Shown piece by piece: positions 1 through 9,354 of a stretch of 64,000 nt of DNA. The notes beneath the pieces are model-generated. The model was not told where the DNA came from, ran no database searches, and saw nothing but the letters and a program-made list of their open reading frames with translations. Origin of the DNA: an uncultured Gemmatimonadaceae bacterium (GTDB lineage Bacteria; Gemmatimonadota; Gemmatimonadetes; Gemmatimonadales; Gemmatimonadaceae); contig CAWAGQ010000004.1 in NCBI GenBank assembly GCA_963781585.1, forward strand, positions 256,001 through 320,000, given 5' to 3'. Position 1 is the first letter of the stretch. Every line of letters begins with the position of its first letter. The translations under genes were made by a program, and so were the position numbers.

Positions 1-98
1 GGCGGACGATGTCGGGAAGAGCCAGGGGAGTAGGGAGGGGGAGGGACCGAGCGAAGAATCCGGCCACCGTCGATCCGCCGCGTTCGAGCGAGACCTAG

Positions 99-1427
<1,329 letters not shown>

Positions 1428-1520
1428 CCGCACGAATGGGGTCGCGCGACGCCCCGCGCCTGTGCGCCGGGGACTTTCTGCTGACGCGGCCGTGGTGCCC
1501 CCGACTCGCGTTCCCTCGTC

Positions 1521-1820
1521 ATGAAACGCTACGTCGTCTGGTCCGCAATCGCCCTGGCCGTGCTACTGGCGGTCCAGTGGGGAGAATACTCCACGCTCGA
1601 TCTCGTGCGGCAGCGCACGCGCTCGAACGAGCTCGAGCACGCGATCGACTCGCTCAAGCACGATGTGGATTCGCTGGCCCGGCTCAAGCAACGCATCCTC
1701 ACCGATCCGGCCACGCAGGAACGCATCGCGCGCGAGGATTTCGGGATGGTGCGTGGCGATCACGAGTTGTTGTATCGGTTCGCGGACCGCGATTCGGCCG
1801 CGCCCAAGTCACGACGCTGA
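1521..1820 (+). CDS. ftsB: Septum formation initiator, FtsB/DivIC family
   Basis: N-terminal TM, coiled coil, ERIAREDFGMV motif; conserved position after eno. Confidence 0.85.
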   Translation: MKRYVVWSAIALAVLLAVQWGEYSTLDLVRQRTRSNELEHAIDSLKHDVDSLARLKQRILTDPATQERIAREDFGMVRGDHELLYRFADRDSAAPKSRR

Positions 1821-1834
1821 CGTCGGTTGCGGTC

Positions 1835-1862
1835 TTGACTTGAACGCGTGGGCTTCTAGATT
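1835..1862 (+). promoter_or_regulatory. Putative sigma70 promoter of tRNA-fMet
   Basis: TTGACT (1835-1840), 16 nt, TAGATT (1857-1862), just upstream of the tRNA. Confidence 0.5.
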
Positions 1863-1874
1863 CACGGACACTGA

Positions 1875-1948
<74 letters not shown>

Positions 1949-1977
1949 CTGTCGCCAATCGACTGAGGCGATCTGTC

Positions 1978-2008
1978 AACGGGGCGCCCCTCCACGGGGC
2001 GCCCCGTT
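1978..2008. terminator. Hairpin between convergent tRNA and pilin gene
   Basis: AACGGGGCGCCCC-tccac-GGGGCGCCCCGTT, perfect 13 bp stem. Confidence 0.75.
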
Positions 2009-2020
2009 AGGCTTCAGGGC

Positions 2021-2494
2021 TCAATTCCCCTGCACACCCGCCAGGAAGAACGTCACCTTGTTTCCCTGGGCGAAAGGCACGAAACCCTTGCCCGCCATCG
2101 CGACGAGCCGTTGCGCGAGCAGCGGGTCGCTGCATGTGACCGAAAGCCCGATGATCTCCTGTTGCGCCGGATTGCCCGGCGTCCCCGAGCTGAGTCCCCA
2201 ATCCTCGTAGTCGTACTCGTAGTCCGGATGGGTGAACGGGAAGTTTGCGGGAAGCAGGTTCACGAGCTCGGCCGGAACAATCCCCGGCCCGGTCTCCGGC
2301 GGCCAGGCATTGTTTTCCGTGTACGCCGTGTACGTGGCAAGCCTGATGGTATGCACATCGCTGACGATTGCTCCGGCGATGGCCCGTCGCTTCATGTCGG
2401 TGTAGCGCGGTAGCGCGATACGGGCCAACAGACCGATGATGATCATGACGACCAGGAGCTCCACGATCGTGAATCCGCGTCGCGTCCGCATCAC
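2021..2494 (-). CDS. Type IV pilin / pseudopilin (prepilin-type N-terminal cleavage domain)
   Basis: RRG|FTIVELLVVMIIIGLLA class III signal with E5. Confidence 0.9.
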   Translation of the reverse strand: MMRTRRGFTIVELLVVMIIIGLLARIALPRYTDMKRRAIAGAIVSDVHTIRLATYTAYTENNAWPPETGPGIVPAELVNLLPANFPFTHPDYEYDYEDWGLSSGTPGNPAQQEIIGLSVTCSDPLLAQRLVAMAGKGFVPFAQGNKVTFFLAGVQGN

Positions 2495-2973
2495 GGGGCC
2501 CCCGAAAGGATCTGCAGCGACGGGCCGAGGAACTCGGCGTTGCGCATGTTCGACAAGTAGGAGATACGTTTGCCGTTGGCCTCAGTCGAGAGTTCGAAGG
2601 TGGTATCGGATCCGCGGACGTACGCGAGTCCCGTGCTGTCGACGAACGCCGCGGCCAGCGATCGCGGCAGCATTCCGTGCGAACGTCGGAATGACCGAAT
2701 GCGTTCGCCCGCCAGAAAGAGCGTCATGCGAGCGCCGGCGTCCACCTGGTCCGGCGAGACACCTGGCGCGGTCGGGCCGTAGAACGACGGCAGGATCCAG
2801 ACGGCGGCGCAGGCGACAAACGCCAGCACCCCGAGAACCTTCCGCGGTCGTTGCGTTCTCTCGACGGCCGACTTCTCGGCGAGTTCGAGTTTCTTCTCGT
2901 CGAAAAACTCGCCGACGAGCGCACGAACCGTGTCCTGTGACTGCGGCGAACCGGACGGCGGCGGCTGATTCAC
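2491..2973 (-). CDS. Hypothetical single-TM protein coupled to the pilin gene (start uncertain)
   Basis: TM VLGVLAFVACAAVWIL; pseudopilin-like RSFRRSHGMLPRSL; stop overlaps the pilin start. Confidence 0.65.
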   Translation of the reverse strand: MNQPPPSGSPQSQDTVRALVGEFFDEKKLELAEKSAVERTQRPRKVLGVLAFVACAAVWILPSFYGPTAPGVSPDQVDAGARMTLFLAGERIRSFRRSHGMLPRSLAAAFVDSTGLAYVRGSDTTFELSTEANGKRISYLSNMRNAEFLGPSLQILSGAP

Positions 2974-3293
2974 AGTTGATTGGGAGGACGCGTGTGCAGT
3001 GCACACGTCGTATGGAAATCGTGCGCAAACTCGACCTCAGGAGACTGCGCACCATGGGCCTTCGTCACGATCTGCGCCCGCGTATGCCGCTGCCCGAGCG
3101 AGAGTTAGACTTTAGACGGCTATAGTCTGGCGGGTTGTGGCGCCGGGGAGATTGGTAGTCCCACCGGGCTGCCACGAGGGGATCGCAGGCCCGCTCATGC
3201 CCTTGCCCGTCCTGCCTCGCGGCGGGCTCTCATGCCGAATGCGAAGACGCGGTTGGTATCGGAGGCTTCGCGCCGTTATCGTCAGACCGGACT

Positions 3294-3367
3294 GGCAGGG
3301 TAGCTCAGGTGGTTAGAGCACGGCACTCATAATGCCGGGGTCGTGGGTTCGAGTCCCACCCCTGCTA
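3294..3367 (+). tRNA. tRNA with CAT anticodon (probably elongator tRNA-Met; Ile2 not excluded); island integration target
   Basis: GGCAGGG/CCCTGCT acceptor stem, CGGCA-CTCATAA-TGCCG anticodon arm, GTGGG-TTCGAGT-CCCAC T arm. Confidence 0.95.
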
Positions 3368-4626
3368 TTCGGAAGCCGCGGGCCCGCACCGGGTTGGCGG
3401 CTTTCCTCGTTAGGTGCCCCGGTTTTCGGTACCACCGGTGGTACCTCAGCCGACCGCGTCGGGCGCTTCGGATCAAGCTCCGCGGCGATCCGTTCCCAGC
3501 GATCGCGCTCGTCGGAGCGTGGCGCGTACCGGCCATACACGGTGGCCACCATCTGCACGTTGGCGTGGCCCAGCTGGCGCGCGACGAGTTCGTAGGGCGT
3601 GCCGGCGCGGATCGCCCGGATGGCGTAGAAGTGCCGCGCGTCGTGCAGCCGATGGGGCGCAAGCTCGAGTGCCGTGAGCGTCTCGCGGTGGACGTCGCCG
3701 GCGTGCCATCGATCGATGCCACGGAAGAGTCGCTCTCCCGGCGTCAGCCGGCGGACGTGGGTCTCGAGGTACGGCCAGGCCCACTCGGCGACCCGGACGA
3801 CGCGATCGCGCGCGTGCGCCTTCGTGCCGCGGGCGCGCACCTCGCGTCGGCCGACGTCCACGTCGGCATCGCTGCAGCGGAGCGCCGCCGAGATCTCGAC
3901 ACCGGCGCCGTACAGCAGCGCGAAGAGCGCGCGGTACGGCTTCCGCGCGTGCTCGACAATGCGCACCACGTCCTGGTGCACGAGCTCCACGACCCGAGGC
4001 CGCCCGGGTGGCGGAGCCGCGACGTCGCGCGCGGGGTTCGTCGTCAAGACGCCGACCTGGACGAGGTAGCCGGCGAAGCTCTGCACGGCGGCCAGGTACT
4101 TCCGGCGCGTTGATCCGGTGATCGGGCGTGATGCAGGATCCGGCCGACGTCGGGATTTCGCACGCGTCGATGCCTTTCGCTTCTGCGGGAGCGTGCTTCG
4201 CTCGGCGAGCCAGCGCGCGATCGCCGGCGCCGTGAATTCTGCGCGCGGGAACACACCGCCCTCGGGCATCAGCGTGCGCAGATGCGCCAGGTAGTGCGTG
4301 CGCGTATCTGGCCGAATCCGGTCCATCAGCCACTCTTGCCAGCGCTCCACGTGCTCAGCCAGGTCAACCTCCTCGAGGCGACCGCGCAGACCCTCGAGAT
4401 CGTTCTCGCGGTACGCGTCGAAGAGCGCACCGAGCGAGAGCGTGCCGTCGACGACCGCGCCCAGGAGATCCCACTCGCGCCGGCCCTTCGGCCCCAGCAC
4501 CTCGAGCATGCGCTCCATTGCCATCGCAGTGGGTTTGTGCGTCGTGCCCGTGGAACGCTTCACCCAGCCATGCGGGGTCGGCACAGCCAGAAACCAGGTC
4601 GGACGGTCGGTGCGCTTGTACACCAT
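3313..4626 (-). CDS. Tyrosine recombinase / phage integrase whose 3' end crosses attL
   Basis: GTK, HRLHDARHFYA and LGHANVQMVATVY catalytic-box motifs; N-terminal KRSTGT arm-binding-like region. The box I Arg position reads GVEISAA, so it may be atypical. Confidence 0.92.
   Translation of the reverse strand: MVYKRTDRPTWFLAVPTPHGWVKRSTGTTHKPTAMAMERMLEVLGPKGRREWDLLGAVVDGTLSLGALFDAYRENDLEGLRGRLEEVDLAEHVERWQEWLMDRIRPDTRTHYLAHLRTLMPEGGVFPRAEFTAPAIARWLAERSTLPQKRKASTRAKSRRRPDPASRPITGSTRRKYLAAVQSFAGYLVQVGVLTTNPARDVAAPPPGRPRVVELVHQDVVRIVEHARKPYRALFALLYGAGVEISAALRCSDADVDVGRREVRARGTKAHARDRVVRVAEWAWPYLETHVRRLTPGERLFRGIDRWHAGDVHRETLTALELAPHRLHDARHFYAIRAIRAGTPYELVARQLGHANVQMVATVYGRYAPRSDERDRWERIAAELDPKRPTRSAEVPPVVPKTGAPNEESRQPGAGPRLPNSRGGTRTHDPGIMSAVL
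3325..3372 (+). repeat. attL core (48 bp)
   Basis: ACTCATAATGCCGGGGTCGTGGGTTCGAGTCCCACCCCTGCTATTCGG identical to 21093-21140. Confidence 0.97.
3373..3404 (+). terminator. Island-supplied hairpin downstream of the tRNA
   Basis: AAGCCGC-gGGCCC...GGGTTg-GCGGCTT followed by T. Confidence 0.55.
3428..3445. repeat. Candidate integrase arm-type site
   Basis: Palindrome GGTACCACCGGTGGTACC, matched with 1 mismatch at 20989-21006. Confidence 0.6.
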
Positions 4627-4629
4627 GCG

Positions 4630-4878
4630 TTAGGCGCTCCGTTGGACGGCGTTCCTCGTGTGCCAGCGCGCCATCCAGGCGCGCACGTCGCGGGGATCGT
4701 ATCGCACGAGCGGCTGGCCCTTGGTGCCGGTACCAGGGAGCAGCACCTTCGGGCAGCCGCTCTCCCGAAGATAACGAGTACTGACGCGGAGAAAGGCGGC
4801 GGCTTCCTTCTGCGTCCAGAGGCCTTCCGCCGGCGACGTCTCGGCGCCGCGGAGCGAGCGGTCGACGGCGACCGTCAC
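4630..4878 (-). CDS. Excisionase-like HTH DNA-binding protein
   Basis: LWTQKEAAAFLRVSTRYLR ... VRYDPRDVRAW; directly upstream of the integrase; GTGA overlap with the upstream ORF. Confidence 0.75.
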   Translation of the reverse strand: MTVAVDRSLRGAETSPAEGLWTQKEAAAFLRVSTRYLRESGCPKVLLPGTGTKGQPLVRYDPRDVRAWMARWHTRNAVQRSA

Positions 4879-5609
4879 GGCGCGGCCCCGCGTGTGCAGC
4901 TTATGGGGGCGCACCCCACCGGATAATTCCGGGTGCACCCCGACGGCTGGCCCGCCCCGAGGTAGGGCTCCGGTGGGCCGGGAGGGTTCGGGAGATGGAC
5001 TGCGTGCGGCGCCGGATCCGGCACCGCCGGGTGCGTCGCCAAGGGCGGCGATGGATCCGCGAGCCCGATCAAGGCAGCATGACACTGCTCGAGCACCGCT
5101 GCGCAGTCTTCGTAGAACGCGGTCCAGCGCTCGTGCCAAGCCGCATCCCCCAGGTACTCGCACGGCGGGCGATCGGATGCTGACTGGTATTCCGACTTCG
5201 TTATCGCCGCCATCCAGAACCGGTGGCACTCCGCATCCTCCAGCATTTGCGGCACCAGCGCCAATGCTCGCGCTGCGAGATCTCGGAGTGGAGCGCCGCC
5301 GACAGCAGCCGGCGCGATCGGGGCGGTGGCACTGGCGCTCACCTGACGAGGCCCCGCGGATGGAGGAGCGCGCCGCGCGTGAGGAGTCCCGAGCCGCCAA
5401 GGGCCGCCAGGCTCGGCCCCGGGGAGCTCCCGCGGCCCGGCGCCGATCGTGGATCGCCCCGCAGAACCCGAGCGAGCGGCGAGTGGTCCGCTCCTTAGGC
5501 GTGGCATGGGAACGCGCTGCTCGCGCCGCCTGGCCTTGAGCCGCCGGGGCGGTCCTCGGTGATCCGCCTCGAGGAAGGCTGGGGTGGACCCGCAGGCCGG
5601 CGCCCTCAT
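4875..5609 (-). CDS. Hypothetical protein (start at ATG 5609 or GTG 5342)
   Basis: ATGA-type overlaps at both ends; helical C-terminal half LRDLAARALALVPQMLEDAE... Confidence 0.45.
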   Translation of the reverse strand: MRAPACGSTPAFLEADHRGPPRRLKARRREQRVPMPRLRSGPLAARSGSAGRSTIGAGPRELPGAEPGGPWRLGTPHARRAPPSAGPRQVSASATAPIAPAAVGGAPLRDLAARALALVPQMLEDAECHRFWMAAITKSEYQSASDRPPCEYLGDAAWHERWTAFYEDCAAVLEQCHAALIGLADPSPPLATHPAVPDPAPHAVHLPNPPGPPEPYLGAGQPSGCTRNYPVGCAPISCTRGAAP

Positions 5610-6106
5610 GCGAGCGCCACCTCGTATTCCGGAGGTGGCGCGACCGGCTCGAACTGTTCCGATGGCGGAGGCGGACGGCGTCCCGCTGCGGCCCGCTGCA
5701 GCAGCTCCCGGCGCGCGGGGTGATCCCAATCCAAGGGCACCAGAACCCACGAGAGATGCCGGCGCGGATCCCGCCGGTACTGCTCTTCCAGATGCCATTG
5801 ACGTGCCGTCTCAATGTCGAGCGGACCGGAGGCGAGGCCCGGATTGTTCGCACGCGTCGCCACGTAGCAGATCGCCCAGGTCACGGCATCCGGAACGGGG
5901 TACTCCGCCCGAGTGCCGCGCCGCCGAACCGGCAGGCCCTTTCGCGCCCAGTTGCGCAGCGTCTGGTCGGTGACGCCGAACGTCTTGCACATCACGTCCT
6001 GGGAGAGGTGCGCGGGGCGCCGGGGCGAGCGCGCAATTGGCGCGTGCAGCGTTAGGCTCGCGAACGGACTCGGCCTGGGCTGGCGGCGCTGGCGAGGCGT
6101 GCTCAT
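5606..6106 (-). CDS. Terminase small subunit-like (lambda Nu1-type winged HTH) protein
   Basis: LSQDVMCKTFGVTDQTLRNWARKGLPVRRRGTRAEYPVPDAVTW parallels the Nu1 N-terminal pattern (A-xx-FG-x-S-x-RTIQNW-xx-GMPV...Y...W). Confidence 0.6.
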   Translation of the reverse strand: MSTPRQRRQPRPSPFASLTLHAPIARSPRRPAHLSQDVMCKTFGVTDQTLRNWARKGLPVRRRGTRAEYPVPDAVTWAICYVATRANNPGLASGPLDIETARQWHLEEQYRRDPRRHLSWVLVPLDWDHPARRELLQRAAAGRRPPPPSEQFEPVAPPPEYEVALA

Positions 6107-6227
6107 CTCACCGGTGCCCACAAACCAAAAGGGTGCGTGCGGGCCGCCGTACAGAAGCCGATTGGGGTTCTCGGTCCCCCGGTGAAGACCTTCCAGGGAG
6201 GACCCGCGGCCCCCTCGGGGGCCCCTC

Positions 6228-6873
6228 GTCCGCGGACAAGTCCGCGCATGGTCCGCGGACTCATCGGGGAACTCCGAGCGCGCCCGGACGCTCGCCGTCG
6301 CCGCGAACCGCGACCAGGGGGGCGCAGTCGCAGATGCCGAGCCCGGCGAGCATCGCGCAGCCGGCGTCGTGGTGCACGTCGACCTGGATGACTTGGCCGG
6401 GCCGCAGCTCCAGCGCCCGGAGTAGCTCCAACGCGATCGGCATGTAGGCCGGTAGCTTCATGCGCCCTCCGCCAATGCCAGACGCGTCGCCTCTGGCTCG
6501 CTGAGCAGCCCCGGATTCTCTCCTTCTAGCAGCCCGCCGGCTCCGTCGCGGAGTCCAGCGTCTTGCCGGACAGTCCGTAGTCCGGGTCTTAGAGACCCGG
6601 ATACGGACGAACTACTGTCCGAGCAGTCAGACGCCCGAATGTCCGCGAACCGTTCGCGAACGGTTCGCGAACCGATTTCGAGACCCAGCTGAGTGATACC
6701 GGAAGGGGTGGGGTACCATTTCCCATCCCTGTTCTCGGCAACGAGTTCCCGCTTGATGAGCTCAGCCTTGATGGCGTAGAATCTCGTCTTGCCGATGCCG
6801 GATCGGTTCAGCCACTCCGTGGGCTTCAACGCGCGCGCGGATTCGTGCAAAGCGGCCAAAACGGTTCGCGAAC
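6228..6873. repeat. GTYCGCGRAC palindromic iteron-like arrays (candidate origin)
   Basis: Copies at 6228, 6240 (degenerate), 6251, 6641, 6652, 6663 and 6864; 21 bp exact repeat at 6659-6679 and 6860-6880. Confidence 0.65.
6261..6461 (-). CDS. Small hypothetical protein with HHD-xx-C...CDC motif
   Basis: 66 aa; ATGA overlap with the helicase stop. Confidence 0.55.
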   Translation of the reverse strand: MKLPAYMPIALELLRALELRPGQVIQVDVHHDAGCAMLAGLGICDCAPLVAVRGDGERPGALGVPR

Positions 6874-7612
6874 CGATTTCTAATGTTCCGGCTCCCGTCG
6901 CACGCTCCACGACGACTGAATCGCCGCGGCTCACGAGCTCGAGCAGAAGCGGATCTCCGGGCTGGAAATCCCGTGCCTTCACCACGGCGAGCTTCACCGT
7001 TGATCGGCCCATCCGCTCGACCGACATCACCACGTCCGCGCGCCCGCGGAAGGCCGAGGAGCCTCGCTCTCGGCTCCCTTCCCAGCCCGCATGGTGGTTG
7101 ATCAGGGCCGCGCAGCCGAGGGCGAGCTGCAGCCGGCCGACGCCGTGCAGGAATTCCCCGAAGTGTTGTGCGGAGTTTTCATCGAAGCCCGGGGGCGCGG
7201 TGGCGGCGAGCGTATCGATGATCACCAGGGCCGGTCTGAAATGCGCGGCCTCGAGCGCGGCCAGGAGCTCTGCGATTCCTTCGGGGAGGTGGAAGGCCAC
7301 CGGCTCCCCGAGATAGCGCACGCGTTCCAGGTTGCAGCTCTCGTGCGCGCTAATCCACGCCTGGACGCGCGAGGGGATGCCGCCGAAGCCCTCGGCGATG
7401 ACGTACAGCACGGACGAGGGGCCCGCTATCGGGAGCCCGGCGAATGAGCGCCCAGTGGCGATGCTGTGGCCCATGCCGATCAGCAGGTGCGTCTTCCCGA
7501 CGCCCGACGCGCCGTACATGACATGTAGGCAGCCCTCGAATACGAAGCCCGGGAGCAGCGCCGGAATCGGCTTGGCGTCGGCAAGGAGCTCCTCGGCGGT
7601 AATCAGTTTCAT
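6458..7612 (-). CDS. AAA_25 / RepA-like (RecA-family) replicative helicase with C-terminal wHTH
   Basis: Walker A GASGVGKT, VLYVIAEG, Walker B VIIDTL, HHAG...RGSSAF motif. Confidence 0.85.
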   Translation of the reverse strand: MKLITAEELLADAKPIPALLPGFVFEGCLHVMYGASGVGKTHLLIGMGHSIATGRSFAGLPIAGPSSVLYVIAEGFGGIPSRVQAWISAHESCNLERVRYLGEPVAFHLPEGIAELLAALEAAHFRPALVIIDTLAATAPPGFDENSAQHFGEFLHGVGRLQLALGCAALINHHAGWEGSRERGSSAFRGRADVVMSVERMGRSTVKLAVVKARDFQPGDPLLLELVSRGDSVVVERATGAGTLEIGSRTVLAALHESARALKPTEWLNRSGIGKTRFYAIKAELIKRELVAENRDGKWYPTPSGITQLGLEIGSRTVRERFADIRASDCSDSSSSVSGSLRPGLRTVRQDAGLRDGAGGLLEGENPGLLSEPEATRLALAEGA

Positions 7613-7914
7613 CGCCCGCTCCTCAGCACGGGCCGAATCGAACTCGCGCGCCGCGAGCCGCCTGATGATTGGCGAGCTTCGCGTCGGGCCAGCTCTAGCT
7701 CGAGTGCGTTCAAGCCTCGCGTTAGGATGCCGAGGAGGACCGGGCCCCGGTGCGGCGCTGGCTTCCTCGCGACGTCGACGAGCCAGGCGCGCATGACCAG
7801 GCGCCGTCGCTCGAGCTCGGTGGTCGGGCCTGACGCGTAGGCCCGCAGGGCGGCTTCTCGTGCCGCGTCGTCGATCATGCCCGCACGCTCCACGTTGCCT
7901 TTCCCCGCACGCAA
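7609..7914 (-). CDS. Hypothetical protein
   Basis: In-operon ORF; stop overlaps the helicase ATG. Confidence 0.45.
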   Translation of the reverse strand: MRAGKGNVERAGMIDDAAREAALRAYASGPTTELERRRLVMRAWLVDVARKPAPHRGPVLLGILTRGLNALELELARREARQSSGGSRRASSIRPVLRSGR

Positions 7915-7924
7915 GGGGGCCGCC

Positions 7925-8167
7925 TCATTTCGCGGCTCTCTGCGCGAGCTCCGCCTTCGCGCGCTGGAGCGCCGCGATCAGCTCGTCGAGGCGGTGCGGC
8001 GGAACCGTGACGCCCTTGCGCGTGGGGTGCCATCCCCCGTCGGCGGCGCGGAAATACGTCCGCACGTCGACGAATTGGGCGTCCTTGTATCGCCCCACCT
8101 GAATCTGCAGCCGCTCGCCGTCGCGGCCCTTCGCGATGACGGCCAGAGGCGCCGCGGTGTCGCTCAT
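7925..8167 (-). CDS. PC4/YdbC-family ssDNA-binding protein
   Basis: GRYKDAQFVDVRTYF...WHPTRKGVTV signature. Confidence 0.85.
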   Translation of the reverse strand: MSDTAAPLAVIAKGRDGERLQIQVGRYKDAQFVDVRTYFRAADGGWHPTRKGVTVPPHRLDELIAALQRAKAELAQRAAK

Positions 8168-8493
8168 CGCGACCCCCCGACTCGATCGAGAGCGCGGCGC
8201 AGCTCCCGCAGTTCATTCGCGCGGAAGTTGAGGCCCCTCCTCGTCGGCAGCCACTTGCCATCGGTGGTCTTGAAGAACTGGCGAAACCCAATCTGACGGA
8301 CTCCCTTGAAAGTCCCGACCGTCAGCCAGATTTGGGTCGTCTCGTCGCGCGGGAAGCGCGCGAGGATGCGCAGCGGACTCGCGGGGGCAGGCGCGGGCAG
8401 ATTCCCTCGCGGGGGGCTGGCGCGCCGCGAGGCATCGTGTCTACTTTTCAAACGCTCAGGTTGCATGTTGACCAGAGTGGTTTGTGGATTCAT
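8164..8493 (-). CDS. Second PC4/YdbC-like protein
   Basis: GTFKGVRQIGFRQFF...GKWLPTRRGLNF...ELRELRRAL. Confidence 0.75.
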   Translation of the reverse strand: MNPQTTLVNMQPERLKSRHDASRRASPPRGNLPAPAPASPLRILARFPRDETTQIWLTVGTFKGVRQIGFRQFFKTTDGKWLPTRRGLNFRANELRELRRALDRVGGSR

Positions 8494-8539
8494 GTCGCGC
8501 GCCCCCGCGGATGCCATCGTCGGGGGCGCGGTGCTTTTT

Positions 8540-9313
8540 CTAGCCTTTAGCGCCCGTGACCATCGGCGCGTATCCGGGCGTGACGCGCGGCCCCGTCGGC
8601 GTACCCGGCTTCTCCGACGCCGATTTCTGCTCGCGGCGGACGACGCGACGCGGCGCCGCATCCGGACCGCCCGGGTTGCGCGTGCGGTGGTAGAAGGGCT
8701 GCGCCACCCCACCGCCTAAGCTCGGCGGCGATGTGAGATCCGGAATCAGCACGCTGTCGTCATACCTGAGCATTCGCTCATGGCCACGGATGATTTCGAC
8801 ATCCTCGCCTTCCAGCACATCGTCCAGCTCTGCGGCTCGGCCGGATTTCTTGACGGCATAGTACAGGCGGTCTTCCTCGCTTAACGCGGCCTTGTCGCTG
8901 GCGAGCGCAACGCCCACGGCACGCAGCATCATCTGGTGCTCGACGGCCGCCCGGTACCGGGCGGTCCGCATGGCGCGGTACGCTGCGATGTCGACGTCTT
9001 CAGTCGCCCTCTTCAGCTCGGCTTCGCTCGCCGCGAGTCGCTGCTCGGCTGCGCGCCGGCGGATTTCGAGGCGCCGGATCTCGTCGCCGAGGCTCCGAAT
9101 CTCGCTATCGCGGGCCGGCAGATGGAGGGGCACCTCCTGCTGCAGATCCGCCTGCAGCTGCTTCTCCGCTTGCGCGTGGCGCTCCTTCGCGGCGGCAAGC
9201 TCCGCGTCGATGTCCGCGAGCCGGTGTCGCGCCTTCTCGACGTCGGCAGCGGGGGTCTCGACGTCTGCTCTGCCGGCGTCGGCGTGCGCTCGTGCGGTGC
9301 GTGCTTGACTCAT
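8540..9313 (-). CDS. Coiled-coil hypothetical protein
   Basis: 257 aa; long heptad-rich A/E/R helices. Confidence 0.7.
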   Translation of the reverse strand: MSQARTARAHADAGRADVETPAADVEKARHRLADIDAELAAAKERHAQAEKQLQADLQQEVPLHLPARDSEIRSLGDEIRRLEIRRRAAEQRLAASEAELKRATEDVDIAAYRAMRTARYRAAVEHQMMLRAVGVALASDKAALSEEDRLYYAVKKSGRAAELDDVLEGEDVEIIRGHERMLRYDDSVLIPDLTSPPSLGGGVAQPFYHRTRNPGGPDAAPRRVVRREQKSASEKPGTPTGPRVTPGYAPMVTGAKG

Positions 9314-9354
9314 CTGTGGACCTATTGGCGGGAAGGAAAGTGAGAGCGCGCCGC

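Noticed and set aside
4879..5853. 407-aa version of the excisionase-like ORF
   Set aside because: The upstream part is Arg/Ala-rich shadow sequence overlapping other ORFs; the HTH begins after GTG 4878
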